The notes: generated from the letters alone by a model not told the origin. 64,000 bases of DNA from Podarcis vaucheri (GCA_965113315.1 OZ220365.1); one strand, 5' to 3'. Positions 12,207 through 27,178 are shown, numbered from the stretch's first letter. A program made the numbers and translations.

Positions 12207-13834
12207 TCATAGTTGCTATTAATCCCTGGGCTGGAGGGAGATAGGTACACCTAGTCTTCCTGTTTTTTCCTCTTTCACAGCTAACCTTATGTGGCACAGG
12301 CAACTTATGTAAGTTAAGGAAATGGCAAGGATAGGGATAACCTCCTCTCCTTCGGTACTGTGACCCAAATCCAGGCAATCCAATCATGCTCTCCCATGTC
12401 ACCTTTGATTTGGCCCCAACTCTAGCATGACATTGAAATAGGTCCTGCCTCAAAATAAGCCATGACTGTAGGTGAAAATTGAGCCTCTATGGATATGTGT
12501 ATCAAGCTCATGGGAAAGCTACTGCAAGACATGGATGAGACATTTGCTTTTGTTACGTTGTCCACAAAACATTCCAGCATTCCAGCTTCATTTACTCAGC
12601 TGTAAGCCATAACGGAGAAACAGAGCCCATGAGCTGACTTGCCTCATTTCTCATCAGTGCTAATGTTTCCATATGTCCCAGCTTATGTAAGAATTTAACC
12701 CTGATATCCATGCTAGATAGAACCAGGAATACAGCTTTTACAGCTCAAAGCTAGAGCTGCTTCATCTGCTGGACTGGGCTCGAGGGAGCGTTGATAAAGA
12801 CTCTGGAACTCAGAAGAATGCCAGGTTCTTAAGGTCAACTGACATTAGACAATTTAGGTTATGTCACAGGATACTAAAATTGTGATAGGCTTTCAAGGTT
12901 CATCACAACCCCCTGAGTCAGGAAAGATGTAGTAAAGCTCAAGATTAAATAACTGCTAAGTGGCAGATGTTTATCCAACCTATTCTGTAAAATCCCAGAG
13001 GTTATGCACTCCACATCAATGTGTTTTTATGATTTCCTCCATCTCTTAGGACTAGTTCTCTCAGATAGCTGGTGCAACAGCCTCTCTTCTACAAACAGTT
13101 CATGTATAAGGAAGACTAATCTCTTCTGCATGCAGGAGTCTACTTTGCATTGTTAATTGCACACATACTTTATGGAATGGTATGCACATCAAAATATAGG
13201 CATTCACAAGCAGGATTTTTTTTTAATCTGCCACTTGCAACTGTCCTATGCTATTGTTGTTGTTTTCCCTTTCCTAAATATCCTCAGCTTTAGCCTAGCA
13301 ACAAACTTGAAAAATTATATTGGGTCATAGTATAATTTTAGCATCGGTACCTTTAGAGCAGTAGCTCAGCAGTGGAATGTCCTGGGATACTGCCATGTTC
13401 TCCCTCCTGGTTTCTCAGCATTGCCATTTCTGTGGTCAGATTTGTATCCATTCATTATTTTCCATAGAATTCACCTGCTTGTCCTATGAAGGAAGCAGAA
13501 GGGAATCACTTGCAGGTGGTATAGTTCCCATTTGTAGGTGAGCAGGTGAATGAGTCTCTGAAGTTAAAGGTGGTGTTATTCTTTTCAGGACCAGCTTTTT
13601 AAAAATAGGAGGGCCTATCCAGACATCTGGAAGTTTCATGTGTTTTATTTCTTTTTAGCTGCTGTTGATTTTGATGAGCTTTGGAATGTTTTTAAATACC
13701 TACTTTTATGTGTGTTTTTTAATGGAGAATTTCAATGTTTTGTTGTATGTTTTTGCAAACCACTTGGGAAGTTTTCTTACGATCAAGAGATAAATAGATT
13801 TTGTTAAATATGAGTAAACAAATCCTGCAACAGC

Positions 13835-14510
13835 TTTGCCTGGGTAGATGTAGCTACAGACATCTGGATTTGTTGCGGAGCCTGGTCCCTGTGTTGTGTT
13901 GTGTTATGTCTCTGTTGTATGGCCAGTTGTTGCTGCTAGTGCACTGCTGTTTTACATTAGGGGCGGTTTGTAAGCAGGGACAGAACTACCACTCAAGACC
14001 AGAAAGGAAATATAATGGTGCAGGATCAGCTATGGATCGTTGATAATACATTGGAATTGTATTCACTGAAAGTTATAGGTGACACAAGGGGTATATTCTG
14101 TCACATCCATAGGAGATTATTCCTACATACCAGTCAGACCTTGTTGATTGTTGCCTTTTTACTTCGTTGAGTGGCATTGACATTTAAGGAATGCCTGATG
14201 AAATTCTTGCATGTGAGGCCCTGTCCAAGAAACTAGAATAAACAGTTGTATCTTAGGGTTTGGCCATAGGCAACGGCTCTTGTTATACTTTCTAGAATGA
14301 TAGAGGCATCTCACTGTGTATATGGTGCTGATTCTATATTCATTGTGCATAAGGTGCTGCTTATCAGTCCAATGTGCAGATGCACATTGATGTCCAAAAA
14401 GTGAATTGTTGCATGGACTGGTCCAGGCTGAAGTTGGTGGTGAAGTGGTAGTTGTTGATGTCCTTCTGGAATTTCTCAAATATTTCCTAACCCTATGTTC
14501 CACGTTACTA
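13835..14510 (-). mobile_element. Decayed Penelope-like element fragment (RT C-terminal part and linker toward GIY-YIG)
   Basis: Frameshifted minus-strand peptides FQKDINNYHFTTNFSLDQS, EFHQAFLKCQ and GTRLRNKSRC resemble remembered Penelope RT-thumb/linker motifs; boundaries approximate. Confidence 0.65.
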
Positions 14511-15153
14511 AGGTGTCATATATAAATCTCAGGCAGAGGAAAGGGTTTGAGCAGCAGCAGAGGAAGCATTAGTCTAGCCTAACCTAAGAAGGTGGTGCAC
14601 AGAACTGAAGTGTCTAGCAGCATAAATATGTGGAGTCTAGTGAATCATGAGTCAGTAAAGCTTCCCCCTACCCTATCCTCGTTTTAATGCATCACATTTG
14701 TGACTGCTGGGTTTTATTCATGGTGCTTAGACACAGTCCTCATAACTCAGTAAAAACATTCTGCCTTCCAAGCCTGTCCTCACAGCTGTTTCCATGTTCT
14801 TCCTGTTTGGTTGCACACATGTCAAAACACCCATTTCGCATTGGGGAATAATAGGATTCAAACCGATACAAGTAAATTAGAGCAATGCTCCCATACTTCA
14901 ACAAGAAACAGACATTTATTTTCTGTTGAATGAGTATAAATTGACCCAAGAGTGACAACAATGTTGTTTTGCAAGGACATGAGTTTTCTATAATAATGCT
15001 CCAAGTACCTGGAAGTTTGCTCTGGACGGGGCAGGAGAGATGCCGCTGGAAAGCTAAGAGGGAATTAAGGCAATTGGCTTTGTTTGAAGAATTTGCAACT
15101 TTTCACTTGCAAGAAAGGCCCCCCAAATGCCTCTTCTCTGTAGGAACTGCTTA

Positions 15154-15299
15154 GGGCACAGACTGGGAACCTGTGGCTCTCTAGATGTTGTTGGGAGTCC
15201 AGTTCCCATCAGCTCCAGTCAGCACAGCCAATGATCAGAGATGATGGGAGGTGATGTTTGAGTACATTTTGGGTGGAGGTCATGCATTCCCCATCCCTC
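15154..15299. mobile_element. Old palindromic MITE family (~140 bp); other copies at ~18280-18358, 23815-23937, 58093-58215
   Basis: Shared motifs CCAGATGTT..GGAC..CTCCCATC and the inverted GATGGGAG..CCAACAACATCTGG in four dispersed copies. Confidence 0.65.
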
Positions 15300-18200
15300 A
15301 TACAGAAGACTATCACTGCTTTAGGGCAGCCAATTTAAACACGTTTAAGCCCCATTCATTTCAAAAGGTGAAAGCTGAGCATATGCTTACCTATCCCATT
15401 GAACTCAACATGTTTTAAAAAATAGATTTAGCTGAATCTTCTTGGTTGCAAAATCCAACAAGGGCAAAGCTCAGAACCATGTTTGAGACAGAGGGAGACG
15501 TTGAGGCATGTCTGCATCCACTGTTTGTTTTCACACACAACTGAAAACCCCTTGTATAATCACAACCTGAAATAGCGTAGCCAAAAACTGGCATCACTGA
15601 TGCACTGGTGACTTGGTCAAGCAACAAGATGTTTTAATGATGTCGGACACATACCTGTGTTGAAGAACTCCATTATAAATGAAAGTAATGTGGTATTTCT
15701 TTTTTTTTTAATGCACATTCCGATACTGTAGCTAAGAACACATTGTACAATCAAACCTATGAATTTAATTGACATCCTACAAAGCTGGCCACTTTTGCTG
15801 TATGTGAAAACTGCAGAACATTAATTCCACATGTGTACATAATACTATTTCCTTCCCACTTGGATCAGAATTTTTAAAAGCATTCTTCTAAGAGATAAAT
15901 GCCTATTTTCTTGCATGGTGACTGATGGTCCCTCTCACATCTGGCAAGTCACAAGGGCCTCCTTTGAACACTAAAGTATGAAACCAGCTGTGTACGAGCC
16001 AGATTTTGGGGGTTGTTCCCCTTACATCTTATTTCTAAGCTACCTGCTCTACACTCCTCCACACCACTTAATGGCCTGTCTTGGATATCGCTCCCATGTG
16101 CCAATATGACTGCCATTGTATCAGTTTCTATGTGCATATTATCTTCACAAATGTCCTGCAATGGTGTGTGTTTGAAGAAGACGAACCATGAGCTGACATC
16201 TGTCATAACACTAAACCATACCATACGCCTCCTACTAATTTGATTATTTGCACCCTGCCTCTGTGGCAGGAGTAAGGTAGGAATGCAGCACCTGTGATTT
16301 CAGCTCCTGGTATCACCAAGATGCTCATTCATGATTTATTTAACCATGATTTATTTTAACTATTTTAACTGGTTTAAAGTGGTACGCAACCCAGACCTAT
16401 CATAACAGACTAAAATAGGATTATGAGTTGTGGAGGTTAAGCTGAAAGCCTAGTGGCTCTTCTAATTCTTGGAATAGCCCGGCTAGCTTCTTGTTGAGAT
16501 AATGGGTCATTAAGGGAACAAAGGAAGGTGCTCTGTGAAGATACCAAACGGATGGGGACCTGGCCCTCAACTTGAGGTAGTTGGAAGGACAAATGCAGAG
16601 TTAGGACCCTGCTTATATTTTGCTGTGTGTGTCCTGAATTGCATGAATTGCTCCTTCAATCAGTGTAGTGCCACTTAAACACATGTGACTCCTTATTTAT
16701 TGCAATGTCTTTATTTTATAAGTACATATTTTACTCACCAGTTATGTCTTTAGTTTCCCCACAATTAGGAACTTTGTGCATCATTTGTACAGCTTACAGT
16801 GTTTACTGGAAGCTTTCCTTTTTGCCCAGGTCTTCCTTGACAAAGATTTGGCTGTATTTTGTTCACACACAGTGTTTACTCAGTTATGTATTTGTGCTCT
16901 TACTTTGTAATTGAATTGCTATATGTTATTGTTTTCCATAAACTGCTTAGATACCTACTTTGAAGTGATATACAAAGGGAGAATATTTTTTACTTCCTAA
17001 AGATCTATATCATTTTAAGTTTCATCCTCATGGAACAGTTGATTGTACTTCTAATCAGCTGTAAATCACACCATACCATTGGGGACAGAAGCATATCTAG
17101 GTTATTTGTTTACTTTACTATTTATACTTGTTGGTAAACGAAATAAATAACTGCCCAGATACACGTCTTGAACTTTGGAATAAAGGAGGTCTGAAACTTT
17201 ATATGCACTTTCTCCTGCCATGAAGTTATGTAGCATCTCTACAATGGCTGTCTTAGAAACATCTGGGATAAATTTATTTAGTGCATTTAATTAGAATTAT
17301 TTCTAACTTCTGGATCATCTTACACAAGCTTTAGTAACTCAGTTTGACAGGGCTTATCCCACTATGTTGCGTGAACTTAAGAGGAAATGAGAAACAATCT
17401 TAAAACTATTAGATTCTGGATTTCTGCAACTGCAGAATATTTACTCCTTGTACAGCTGCATAACACTTCTTAGGTCCAGGGAAGGAACAAACTTCACACC
17501 TGCACTTAATTGAAAATTTGGGGATTATTTACTTAAGCATTTATGCATAGCTCATTCTACTACTAAAAGTATGTGCTGGGCTCAAGCAGCCGACCACTTG
17601 AATCGTCTCTTTCTGGTATCATCTGGTATACTTAGAACCAATATGCAAGTGCATGGAAGAAAGCCTTAGAGGCTTGCTCTGCAAAGCATTATAAGCAGAA
17701 GGCAATTTGAAGTGGGGGGAAAGTGGTGGGGTCAAGGGGATGATTAACCTTTCTCTGTCTGCTGCTTTCCCCCTAACACTAACCCTCTTCCCCAGCTGAT
17801 CTTCCCCTACCTTCTGACCCCTTTCAACTCTTGGCTTCCATATAATATTTACACAATGTAATACTGATATAGCATTTATTTGCTCATGGAGAGACAACCA
17901 CAGGAAGAGCTAATTTCATGCTATATAACCATTTACCTCCATGAATTCTGTTGTATGTTCTGTCACACTGTATTACACATTTGGTGCCAGGAAAAACATA
18001 TCTGGTACTAGGAAAAATATCTGTGGTCAATACTTCTGCAGCCCACACAGATAGAAGATTACCCTTCTTGAAATCCGCACGTGCCGAGCCCTTAACCAAT
18101 ATATCCCACATCTGGCTGGGCTGAGGCTGCTGATCAGCTTGCTTGTAGGCTAGGTCTCCACATTATTTGAAGTTAATACGGGATCACAGAATCCCCCGAG

Positions 18201-18870
18201 GGCTTACTGAGTTGCAATAGAGGCGATGGAAGAGAACTTTGCCAAGCTATGTCTGTGCAAGCAGGATTAAGGGGACGAGGTGCCCTCCAGCTGTGTTGGA
18301 CCAAAGCTCCCATCAGCCCCAGCTGGCATGTGCTGGAGAACCTCAGGTTGGGAAAAGCTTTTCCATACTAATCTTGAGGGGGTTTCAGCAATACCATTGA
18401 CATGACATACGGCATACAAGCAACAGGTGGAGATTGCAGCTAGCAAACAAAGGTGTTTTTATTTTTATTTTTAAGAGACATATTGCACTAGTTTGTGACT
18501 TTAACCAAGGTTATGTGATTGCCAGTCCAAAGATAGCATTGTACAGGTTTCTCCTGCTCTATGACAAGAGTCACTGTTGGGAACTTCTAAGATCTACCAC
18601 CCCAAAAAACATCTGTTGATACAGTGCTGTGAATTCCCATTTGTGGAAAACGTCACATTTTCATTAAGTTGTGCGGTGCCCTGGGCTACTGCAGGAAGAA
18701 AGATAATATATTACTATATTAATGGTGACAGTAGGATTTCAGGATGGTGTGACCTTTTCATCACAGTACAAATACAATAATAAAAAATAGATACAACCCT
18801 TAAAACAACTTAGAATCTCAAGTTGAAATTTCTGAGTAAAGAAGAGTACGTGCCAGGCAAGTGTCTTTAG

Positions 18871-19215
18871 AGGTAAAGGTAAAGGGACCCCTGACCATTA
18901 GGTCCAGTCGCAGACGACTCTGGGGTTGAGGCGCTCATCTCGCTTTATTGGCCGAGGGAGCCGGCGTACAGCTTCCGGGTCATGTGGCCAGCATGACTAA
19001 GCTGCTTCTGGAGAACCAGAGCAGCGCATGGAAACGCCGTTTACCTTCCCGCTGAAGTGGTACCTATTTATCTACTTGCACTTTGACATGCTTTCGAACT
19101 GCTAGGTTGGCAGGAGCAGTGACCGAGCAATGGGAGCTCACCCCATCGCAGGGATTCGAACAGCCAACCTTCTGATCGGCAAGTCCTAAGCTCTGTGGTT
19201 TAACCCACCCACGTC
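18871..19215 (-). mobile_element. Sauria SINE, copy 2
   Basis: Reverse complement of the same family; flanking repeat GTCTTTAGAG at 18863-18872 and 19213-19222; small deletion in the head. Confidence 0.9.
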
Positions 19216-22200
19216 TTTAGAGAGGGCATTCCAAAACCCACACTGCCACTTTTCTTTTATTATTGAGTAACCTAGCTAAGATAAAGAGAACCTGAAAGGG
19301 CCTTGGCAATGTTTCTTGAAGACAGCCTGATTTGCGTGCTGGTGAACAATGTTCTTCTACTGTTCCAATTAATTTCAGTGGGGATTTCATTAAACTTTCC
19401 AGGGTACTTTTCCCAAACACTCATTTAATCAAATGAGGAGACTGGGTTAGCGTGATTTGTTCCTTGTACTCACACTGAAACATTTGAGTTAGGCAACGTG
19501 TACAAAATAAAATGGTTCATGACTTGGTTTAATTAGTTCTTTGATAGAGGAGTTAAACTGATTCGTAAATCAGGACTCCTCTTTTTTTATAAATCAATAA
19601 AGCTATTAGCTCATAACTGGCCTTCTTTGAAGCACACCACTTTTGCATAAGTCATTGGCTATAATTTCTTTGAAATATACTCAACAGACTTCATTTGGGA
19701 TCCCTTGCTAAATGTCATCCAGCCCATTATTCCATCAGCCCCATTATTTACTTTACTGCTGACTGAAACATGAGTTTAAAAAAAAAATCACAGGAGCACA
19801 CGTGTCTTGGCAATGAACTAAACTCACACCCAACCAGTCGTACATGGCATTTCTAACTGCCTCTTAAAGCACACATCTTAGATGTGCATCTGTCAAATCC
19901 AGAGTTTCCAAAAAGAGAATAAATAAAATAATTGGCAGTCCAAAATGCCTGCCTCCAACACCATTATCGCATTGCATTTTGCTTTTTGTAGAGTGGAGCT
20001 GTTGTGAGTAAACCCCAGCCTACGCACACATTTGCCCATAAAAAATTGTTTGCATTTTCAAAATGTTCAGTGAGCACAATAGCTGACATGAATCAATGCT
20101 CTGGTGTTTTATTCTTAAATCTGAATTCTGTCAGCAGATATAAAATCCAGCAATCATGGTGTCTGCAAAGCCAGATAGAGGTTTAGTTGAGGGCACACGA
20201 AACCTACATACATAAAACTGGGTAAACAGTCATAACCTATTCTTGGGAGACCCTGGGGTGCATAGTTCTTTGGAGAAGGGTGTCTAACAGAAAACATAGC
20301 ATCTCACCAAGCTAGTTCTCTGAATCCCTTGGTGAAAACCATGGCAGTTAATGCTTCCAAGTTTGTAGATGTGACAATTTAGAAGTGACTTGGAAGATAG
20401 CATAGCCTACTCAGGACATGAAAAAGAATAAATAAAACACAGGGGCCAAAATTGAGCAGATCTCATGTGGATGCAGAATTTTGCCCATGCAGAAGCTTTC
20501 TGAATGTGTGTTTTATGAAAACAATGGGTAGTGCTCGTTTCAGAGAAGCACTTCCTCTCATAGAAGTGCATCCATTCAACTTTGGCTAATATTCCAAAAA
20601 AGCTGAATCCTACTGCTATAGTGCAGTGTAGCCATTGCTCTCAATAGAAATACTCTTCTTCAGTATAGAGTGTGTGTGAGAGTGTGAGTGTGTGTTTGTA
20701 CACGCACAGGTTTTTTAAAAGTTTTAAAAACTTAGCAAAATATTAATGGGCTATTTTAATTTGATGTAAACTATCCACAATTTTCACTTGAAACAAATCA
20801 ATGATAACCAAAATATACAGCAATGGTGTGCATCCCCCCATCAATAATATGCATCCATATTATTTTAAACATATTATTTTATACATCCACACGACACAGC
20901 TTTTCTGCAATAGCCAGATGGATGCTCATTATATTCTGTGCTTAGTTGCAAATTGGGCCTGTAGTCTCTTGTTCAGTTCAAAGAATTCACTTGCATATAT
21001 CTCTCATTACCTGCTCAGTTTTGAGCAACTAATATGAGTAGCAGGTGAAGCAGCAGATAGGATTTAAGACCCTAATCCACCTAGGATTGGGATATCTAAA
21101 GGATTGTCTTCTCCCATGTGAACCTGCTCACTCATTAAGATCTACTGGAGAGACTCTGCTTTCTTTCCATCTGAAGAGTGCTTAGCTGGGATGCAGAAGG
21201 GAGTTGTCCTGTAGCCACACTGAGGGCTGTGGAACTCGGTTCTGAAGGAGACCTGCACAATGGCCTTGCGCCACCTCACAAAAATGTTTGCCATTTTGCA
21301 AGAACTGGCCTGCCAAACTGTTGTCATTTTAAACTTCTTGGTTTCCATCTACTGTCTTATGATCTCTTGCCAGTATTTTATCTTGCAATTTTATTCTGAG
21401 TATTTCCTATTTTAATCTGTGTTATAAACTGTCTTGAAAATTGCATTGGAAAGGTGATGATGGACTGTTCCTCAAGAGCATAACTTTTTTCTTAAGTGGT
21501 TTGCTTGAAACAATAGTTTTCCATGAATGTTTGCATCAGGCTTTTATGACAAAGTGGGCTTATAACCTTAAGAGTGACCTAAAGCTATGGGCAGTTTGCT
21601 AAAGCTTCTGCGACCAAGGAGAGTGATTCTCAGTTCAGGTACTTAAAATCTAGCTTCCATGTACAATGTGCTATTCCGTGATTTTTACTACAGACAAAGA
21701 CTTTCCCGTAATCAACAAATATAGTAGCTTTATATTTGAAAACTTTATATAACTTTTCTTTTCAACACAGTGATAGTACTGTCTGGCTATTTGGCAGAAC
21801 CAAATTCTGAATCCAAAATCCGCACACACAGTTCTGAATGCTGGGCTCACAGTAGCAAAAGATGAAACACAGAAGCTTGTTCCCATGCATACATTGCCTT
21901 TGCCAGATTGACAAATTGTCCCCAAATTTGTGACGTTGCTTCAATACAAACATTGCTTTTGCTGGATTATTGAAACCTCACCCGCTACTGTCCATTAGTA
22001 AATCGAGAACCATCTAATCCAAAACAGAAAAATGTTGCCATTTAATGAAGTAATTGCAATGACTTCTAGATTCTGTGGAAAGTACAGGTAGGCTATATAA
22101 GATGGCCCAGCCAGAAATTTAACACCATATGGTTGTTTTGCATTTTCACTTGAAAAGTCAGTAAAATATTTTACAAATCCCAGCAAAGAAAACTGCAGCA

Positions 22201-24640
22201 GTACCACAAACTAAGAATCTTAAAATGTATACATCATTGCATAGTAGAAAAATATATAATCAAGACATTGCAAAGTTTGGACAAAACATACATGCGTAGG
22301 GAATAAGAATTAGTTATCTAAATGAAAGAGAAACGGCAGCATTAACAATTAGCAATCAGCCAAAGTTAAGCATCTGTTTAAAGCTCTCCCTTTCAAATGA
22401 ACAAAGACTTAAACACTTCATTAAACATGCGCTTACCTGTCTCGCTCAAATAAAAAGGTTTTTAAGGCTGCAACCCTATGCATTTACCTGGAAACATGCC
22501 CCAATGAACTCAATGACACTTGCTTCCATGTAAATATGCATAGGATTATTTGTCACAAAATATAATTTGAATGCTAGTTATTTTGTTGGCAAATGCTATC
22601 TAAGAATTTTTGATAGTTGGTGTACAATATATTTGACATTTTATAAATGACATGCCATGGTATGGAGTATTATATAGTTTACAACTTATCAGATTTCATA
22701 GTTGATGGCTGCCAAAGTCTAAACAACCAGTATATGCCAACAAGACTAGAGCACTTAAGTGTTGAGGTAAGATTTAACATTCAAAATGTAAATGTAAATT
22801 CAAATTTCAAACTCAATTTCACTCTGGAAACTGGGCAAAAATTTGAATTTTTGCAAAATTGTGAATATTGGTGATATTCATCTAGGACTAGGTACTAGTT
22901 GTAGTTTGTCCTATACCTTTTTGCAAATTGCAATGATTGCAGTTTAGATAAGAGCCAGATTATGAAGAACACTGCTACTTTTAACCTCTCATCTGGCTTT
23001 TCTTGTCCACCCTGACCTTGAGTGAAAAAAGGCCTACTCTAGGCTCCATCTTAGCCTATACCATGTTTCCTTCCTTTCTGAGGATCTTCTCTTGCTTTGC
23101 AAGGCGTTTTTCTCTGACCAGCCACTGCAGGGGGGTTCTGTTACTGTTGCTTTAAAAACTATGGTAGCATTCCTACCACTGAGGTATTCAAATTCCTATG
23201 GGCCAGAAGAGCCCGCCATGCAATTCAACAGATCCTAATGCCTCTTCCCCATGGCACTGTGTGGGTAAGCTGATGCTTCATGCTGTCTTAAGTTGGGAGG
23301 CAGCCAATTCAGCTCCTGTTTTACTGCCCAGCAAGAAATAGGGCAAGTAATTTATTTTCTACTGTAAACTCAACATCACATTTCAGACCGAGGTGCATGA
23401 GAAAAACAGATGCCTTCAACTTTAAGATGCCTGCTTTTCACACACTTGCATTTAATAATAATAATAATAATAGCAATAACCAGATACCTTTTTCTGGTAC
23501 AAGTTGTCTTGAATAAAATTTAGCATTTTTCATTTTGTGACTGCGTGAGTGTAGCTGTTTAGAAACCACCTCAGTTTGCTTTGTTGGTGCCATTATTCAG
23601 TATTGTGTAGAAGAGGGGATTTCGGCAAGCCTGGCTTGTTGTGCCCCCATCTGCTGGAAATTCTCCCTTCTACGCAACTGTTTAAAAGGTGCTAAAGAGA
23701 ATAGGGCTCTTGCATCCGTAGCTAGGACTTGACCCTGTGCCATTAAAGTCAGCAATACTTGCAAATTAAATGTTAGAATAAAATGTGTCATAATCTAAAC
23801 TGGTTTTTGTCAATCCAGTGCTTTCCAGATGTTTTGGACCACAACTCCTACTAGTCCTAGCCAGCATGCCTGTGCCGTCTGGATCTGATGGGAATTGTAA
23901 TCCATAACATCTGGAGGGTACCAGGTTTGCAAAAGCTAAACTAAAAGGAATGTAAGGCTTTAGATAATGATATATTTTCTAAAACTTTTTTTAAAAAAAA
24001 CACATCTTATTTTTAATGTACAAATAAAGAACGATATACTCCTAATTTTTTTCCTCCAAATAAATCTGATCTCATTTAAATATTTATTTAGAAAATGAAC
24101 ATTAACGTTTACATGTTTTAAGTTCTTAATGTTACTGAACCACATCCAGAAATTTAGCACTTATATTTGATCCTTCTGTCCCTGGATACAGAAGTCTGGA
24201 CTGCAATACTATACAAACTTCCCTAGAAGTAACCCCCATTGAACTCAATGGGAATTATTTCTAAGTTTACATTGATAGGAATGTGCAGTTAATCCCTGAA
24301 CTTTAATGGGTGCAGGAGAACATTTGGCTCTGACGTGGAATAATCATTTCAGACAGACTCTCTGGGGAGAAGTCTGGCTCTTCCTGATAATCATTTGGAG
24401 ATGGCAAGTTCCTGCAAGAATTCTAGACCTATCAGTGTGTTTTTAAAAATAAAGTAAAATAAACTGATAGCTGTCACAGGGCCCAATCTCAGTTCTCCAA
24501 ATTAGAACTCATCCCCTTTTCCTATCAGGTCTCTGCCTCCAATGAGTGGAAGTGAGGAACTTCCCCATCCTGATTTCCCTTGTGTAGGATGGCGAGATCA
24601 ATAATACTCTTAGAAGTGCAACATGAGTAAGATGCCCACA

Positions 24641-24813
24641 TTAGAGCAACCAACTATACAACAGGCTTACATGTACTATTAACAGTTCACAAGAGAGGTA
24701 AATTAATGAAGAGCCATCCGCTGAACAAAGATCACATTCATCCTTTTCACAGAAGGTGCATGGTGACAAACTCTGCATCACTTCGGAGTTGTAGCTTCTC
24801 ACTGCTCTTCTCC
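24641..24813 (-). CDS. CD109: CD109 terminal coding exon (~33): RRRAVRSYNSEVMQSLSPCTFCEKDECDLCSADGSSLIYLSCELLIVHVSLLYSWLL-stop, with GPI-anchor signal
   Basis: 173 nt including TAA; AVRSYNSEV, CxxC..CxxC cluster, small-residue stretch (SADGSS) then hydrophobic tail. Confidence 0.92.
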
Positions 24814-25676
24814 CTATTGTGCGAGATTGGAGGAGTACCATTCACTACAAATCATACTTAAGACATTTTGGTGAGATATATTTGCATAAAGCTGAAGAGA
24901 ATGTCTGAAAAGCTACACAGCTTTCATGGAAATCAGACCACTGAAATCCACAATGTGAAGTGAATCCATTTGACTTTGTCTTGAGAAAGCCAAGGGGCCC
25001 TAAATGATGTGTATTCTGTAATGAAGTTCGAAATATTTTGCTATGGCACTAATTCAGGCTACAGAACTAAGCAGAAGCAAAACACTGGCATGCATCCTAA
25101 GATATGTTAACTTAAAGAAGTTCACAGAAGGAGGGTTTCCTATCCCATCCCAACTATGTGTGTCCCTCCAAATGTCCAAAGTGTTTCTCTGTGGGGTTAG
25201 GACTTTCCAAACAGCAGCAGTCCTGGGGCAATTGCTCAAAATTAGGCCTTGATCCAAATGTAAGTTAACTTAAGGAGGTTCATGGAAATGAAGTTTATCA
25301 TCCTTTTCTCAGCAGCTCCCCATGCCCCACTGTTTTGGAGGGCCCTCCCAATAAGATTTTCAGCAGGTGCTGTGGGAGGAGGGGACGGGAAACTTTCTTC
25401 CCTTAAATTCCTAAAGGATAATTTAACTAAGGATCCAAGAGCAATTGTTCCTGCCCACCTCACCTCACGGTGTTTATCCTGTAAGAAATTCACCAAACTA
25501 CATTCTGGAAGAATTTGTTTGTTCATTTTTTTTCCCCTGTGGTATTTGATACTAGGGTATTTTCTATTTAATATGGTTCTTTTCAAGCTTAAAGGAGTCA
25601 ATTCTTCACTTTAACTAACTACAACTGCTTACTTCAGCACTGAATATGAGATATGTCAAAAACAATTGGCACTTAC

Positions 25677-25779
25677 TGGGTTCATAATAATCCACCACAG
25701 TCACAGAGGCATCCTGGGTATTTGCCACTTTGAAGTCTCTCACAGCTGGAATGTCTACACAAACCTGTGTTTCATTTAA
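25677..25779 (-). CDS. CD109: CD109 exon (~32): LNETQVCVDIPAVRDFKVANTQDASVTVVDYYEP
   Basis: 103 nt, phase 0-1; VDYYEP motif; TTTTTAG acceptor, GTAAGT donor. Confidence 0.95.
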
Positions 25780-25894
25780 CTAAAAAGTAAAAAGAAAGAA
25801 AACTTTCAAAGACTTTTTATATACTCCTAGGGTAAAGGCATGTAGCTGACCAGATGAATTAATGTCCTAACTTCTTGTTACTAAAATATACCAA

Positions 25895-26480
25895 CATGAA
25901 CTGGTTCTGCTGGATCAGAATGAAGACTCCTTTAGTGCAGCATCCTGTTCTCTCAGTGGCTACAGGTGTGGTTTGCATAGAAGCACTTCCTGCTTGCCTG
26001 TCCTAAACCTTCCAACATTCAGCTTCATTATGAGAAGTGGGGGAGGGATTTCTCTCTATTCGCTTTATCCAAAACACACATAATTGTATATACAACTATC
26101 ATGTCCCATCTTACATATCTGAACTCAAAAGCCTTTCCTCATAGCAGAATTGTTCCCGCTTCATTATCATTTTGGTTACACTTTTATGACCCCCCCCCAA
26201 CCCTACAATACTCTTTTTAAGATGTAGCAACCAGAACTGAACTCAGAATTCCAAGAGTAAAAATATATAGTTTTATTTTCAGCCCCTTTCCTAATGATCC
26301 GTCTAACATGAAATTCACTTTTTTCCAAAGCAGCCACACACTAGGTCAACATTTCTATCAAACTATCCACCATGATGCCTACATCTCTTTCCTGACCAGT
26401 CACCTCCAGATCAAACCACATAAACGTAAATGTGAAAGTATAGGTTCTTTTGCTCCAATGTGCAATGCATTCCTCTTTGT
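25895..26480 (-). mobile_element. Decayed CR1 LINE fragment
   Basis: CTGCTGGATCAGA..CAGCATCCTGTTCTC tail and CAACCAGAACTGAACTCAGAATTCCAAG (reverse complement encodes LEFxVQFW); similar decayed piece at ~61900-62100; boundaries approximate. Confidence 0.6.
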
Positions 26481-27021
26481 ACACAGAACACTTTGCATTA
26501 ACCAACACATATAGCTGAACACATCCTGGCAGTGTGGATCTTTCATCCGCCAGTAGGAGTGGGCAGATTAGACTGCTGGAGCAGACTCATATATGAACTC
26601 ATATACAAACATTAGTGCTAGTCCAGGAAAAAAAGTTCCATATTTGGGGGCAGAGACACACATCCCCATTAACTGCTGCTCCTTCCACACCTTGTGTAAA
26701 GAGTGCACACTAGGAACACCGTATGAATCCATATTTCATGTGCTTAATACTTGTTTCACTGAACACTAAAAGGTCATATACAACAAACATGTCTTTAAAA
26801 CAAAATAGTATTCCAAGTATACAGCTTTAACCAAAACCCTACTGTGGAGAAAGTAGTGCATGCCCTATGAGAATATTGCCCTGTTTTATTAGTTCCAGAA
26901 AGTTTAATTTATTTATTTTTTGTTTAAACTTCGTAAAAATGTGATATCTGAATTTAAAGGGCAGGGGGTAGTAAATTTTTTTATTTTATTAATTAAACCC
27001 TCATCCAGTATTTTGACTTAC

Positions 27022-27178
27022 GGAGTCCAGATATAAATGGACTTTGCCTTCCGCCTTCTCCACTTTCTTAACTGGATCATCTAATGACACGAAACTGGGT
27101 GACAGAGAGAAGCCGCTCAGTAATCCAACCTCTATGAGGGCCATGCCACTCCTTGAAGATGAGCCAACACCCAAATAC
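27022..27178 (-). CDS. CD109: CD109 exon (~31): [23 protein letters not shown]...KVHLYLDS
   Basis: 157 nt, phase 2-0; SGMAL.EV.LLSGF receptor-binding-domain motif. Confidence 0.94.
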
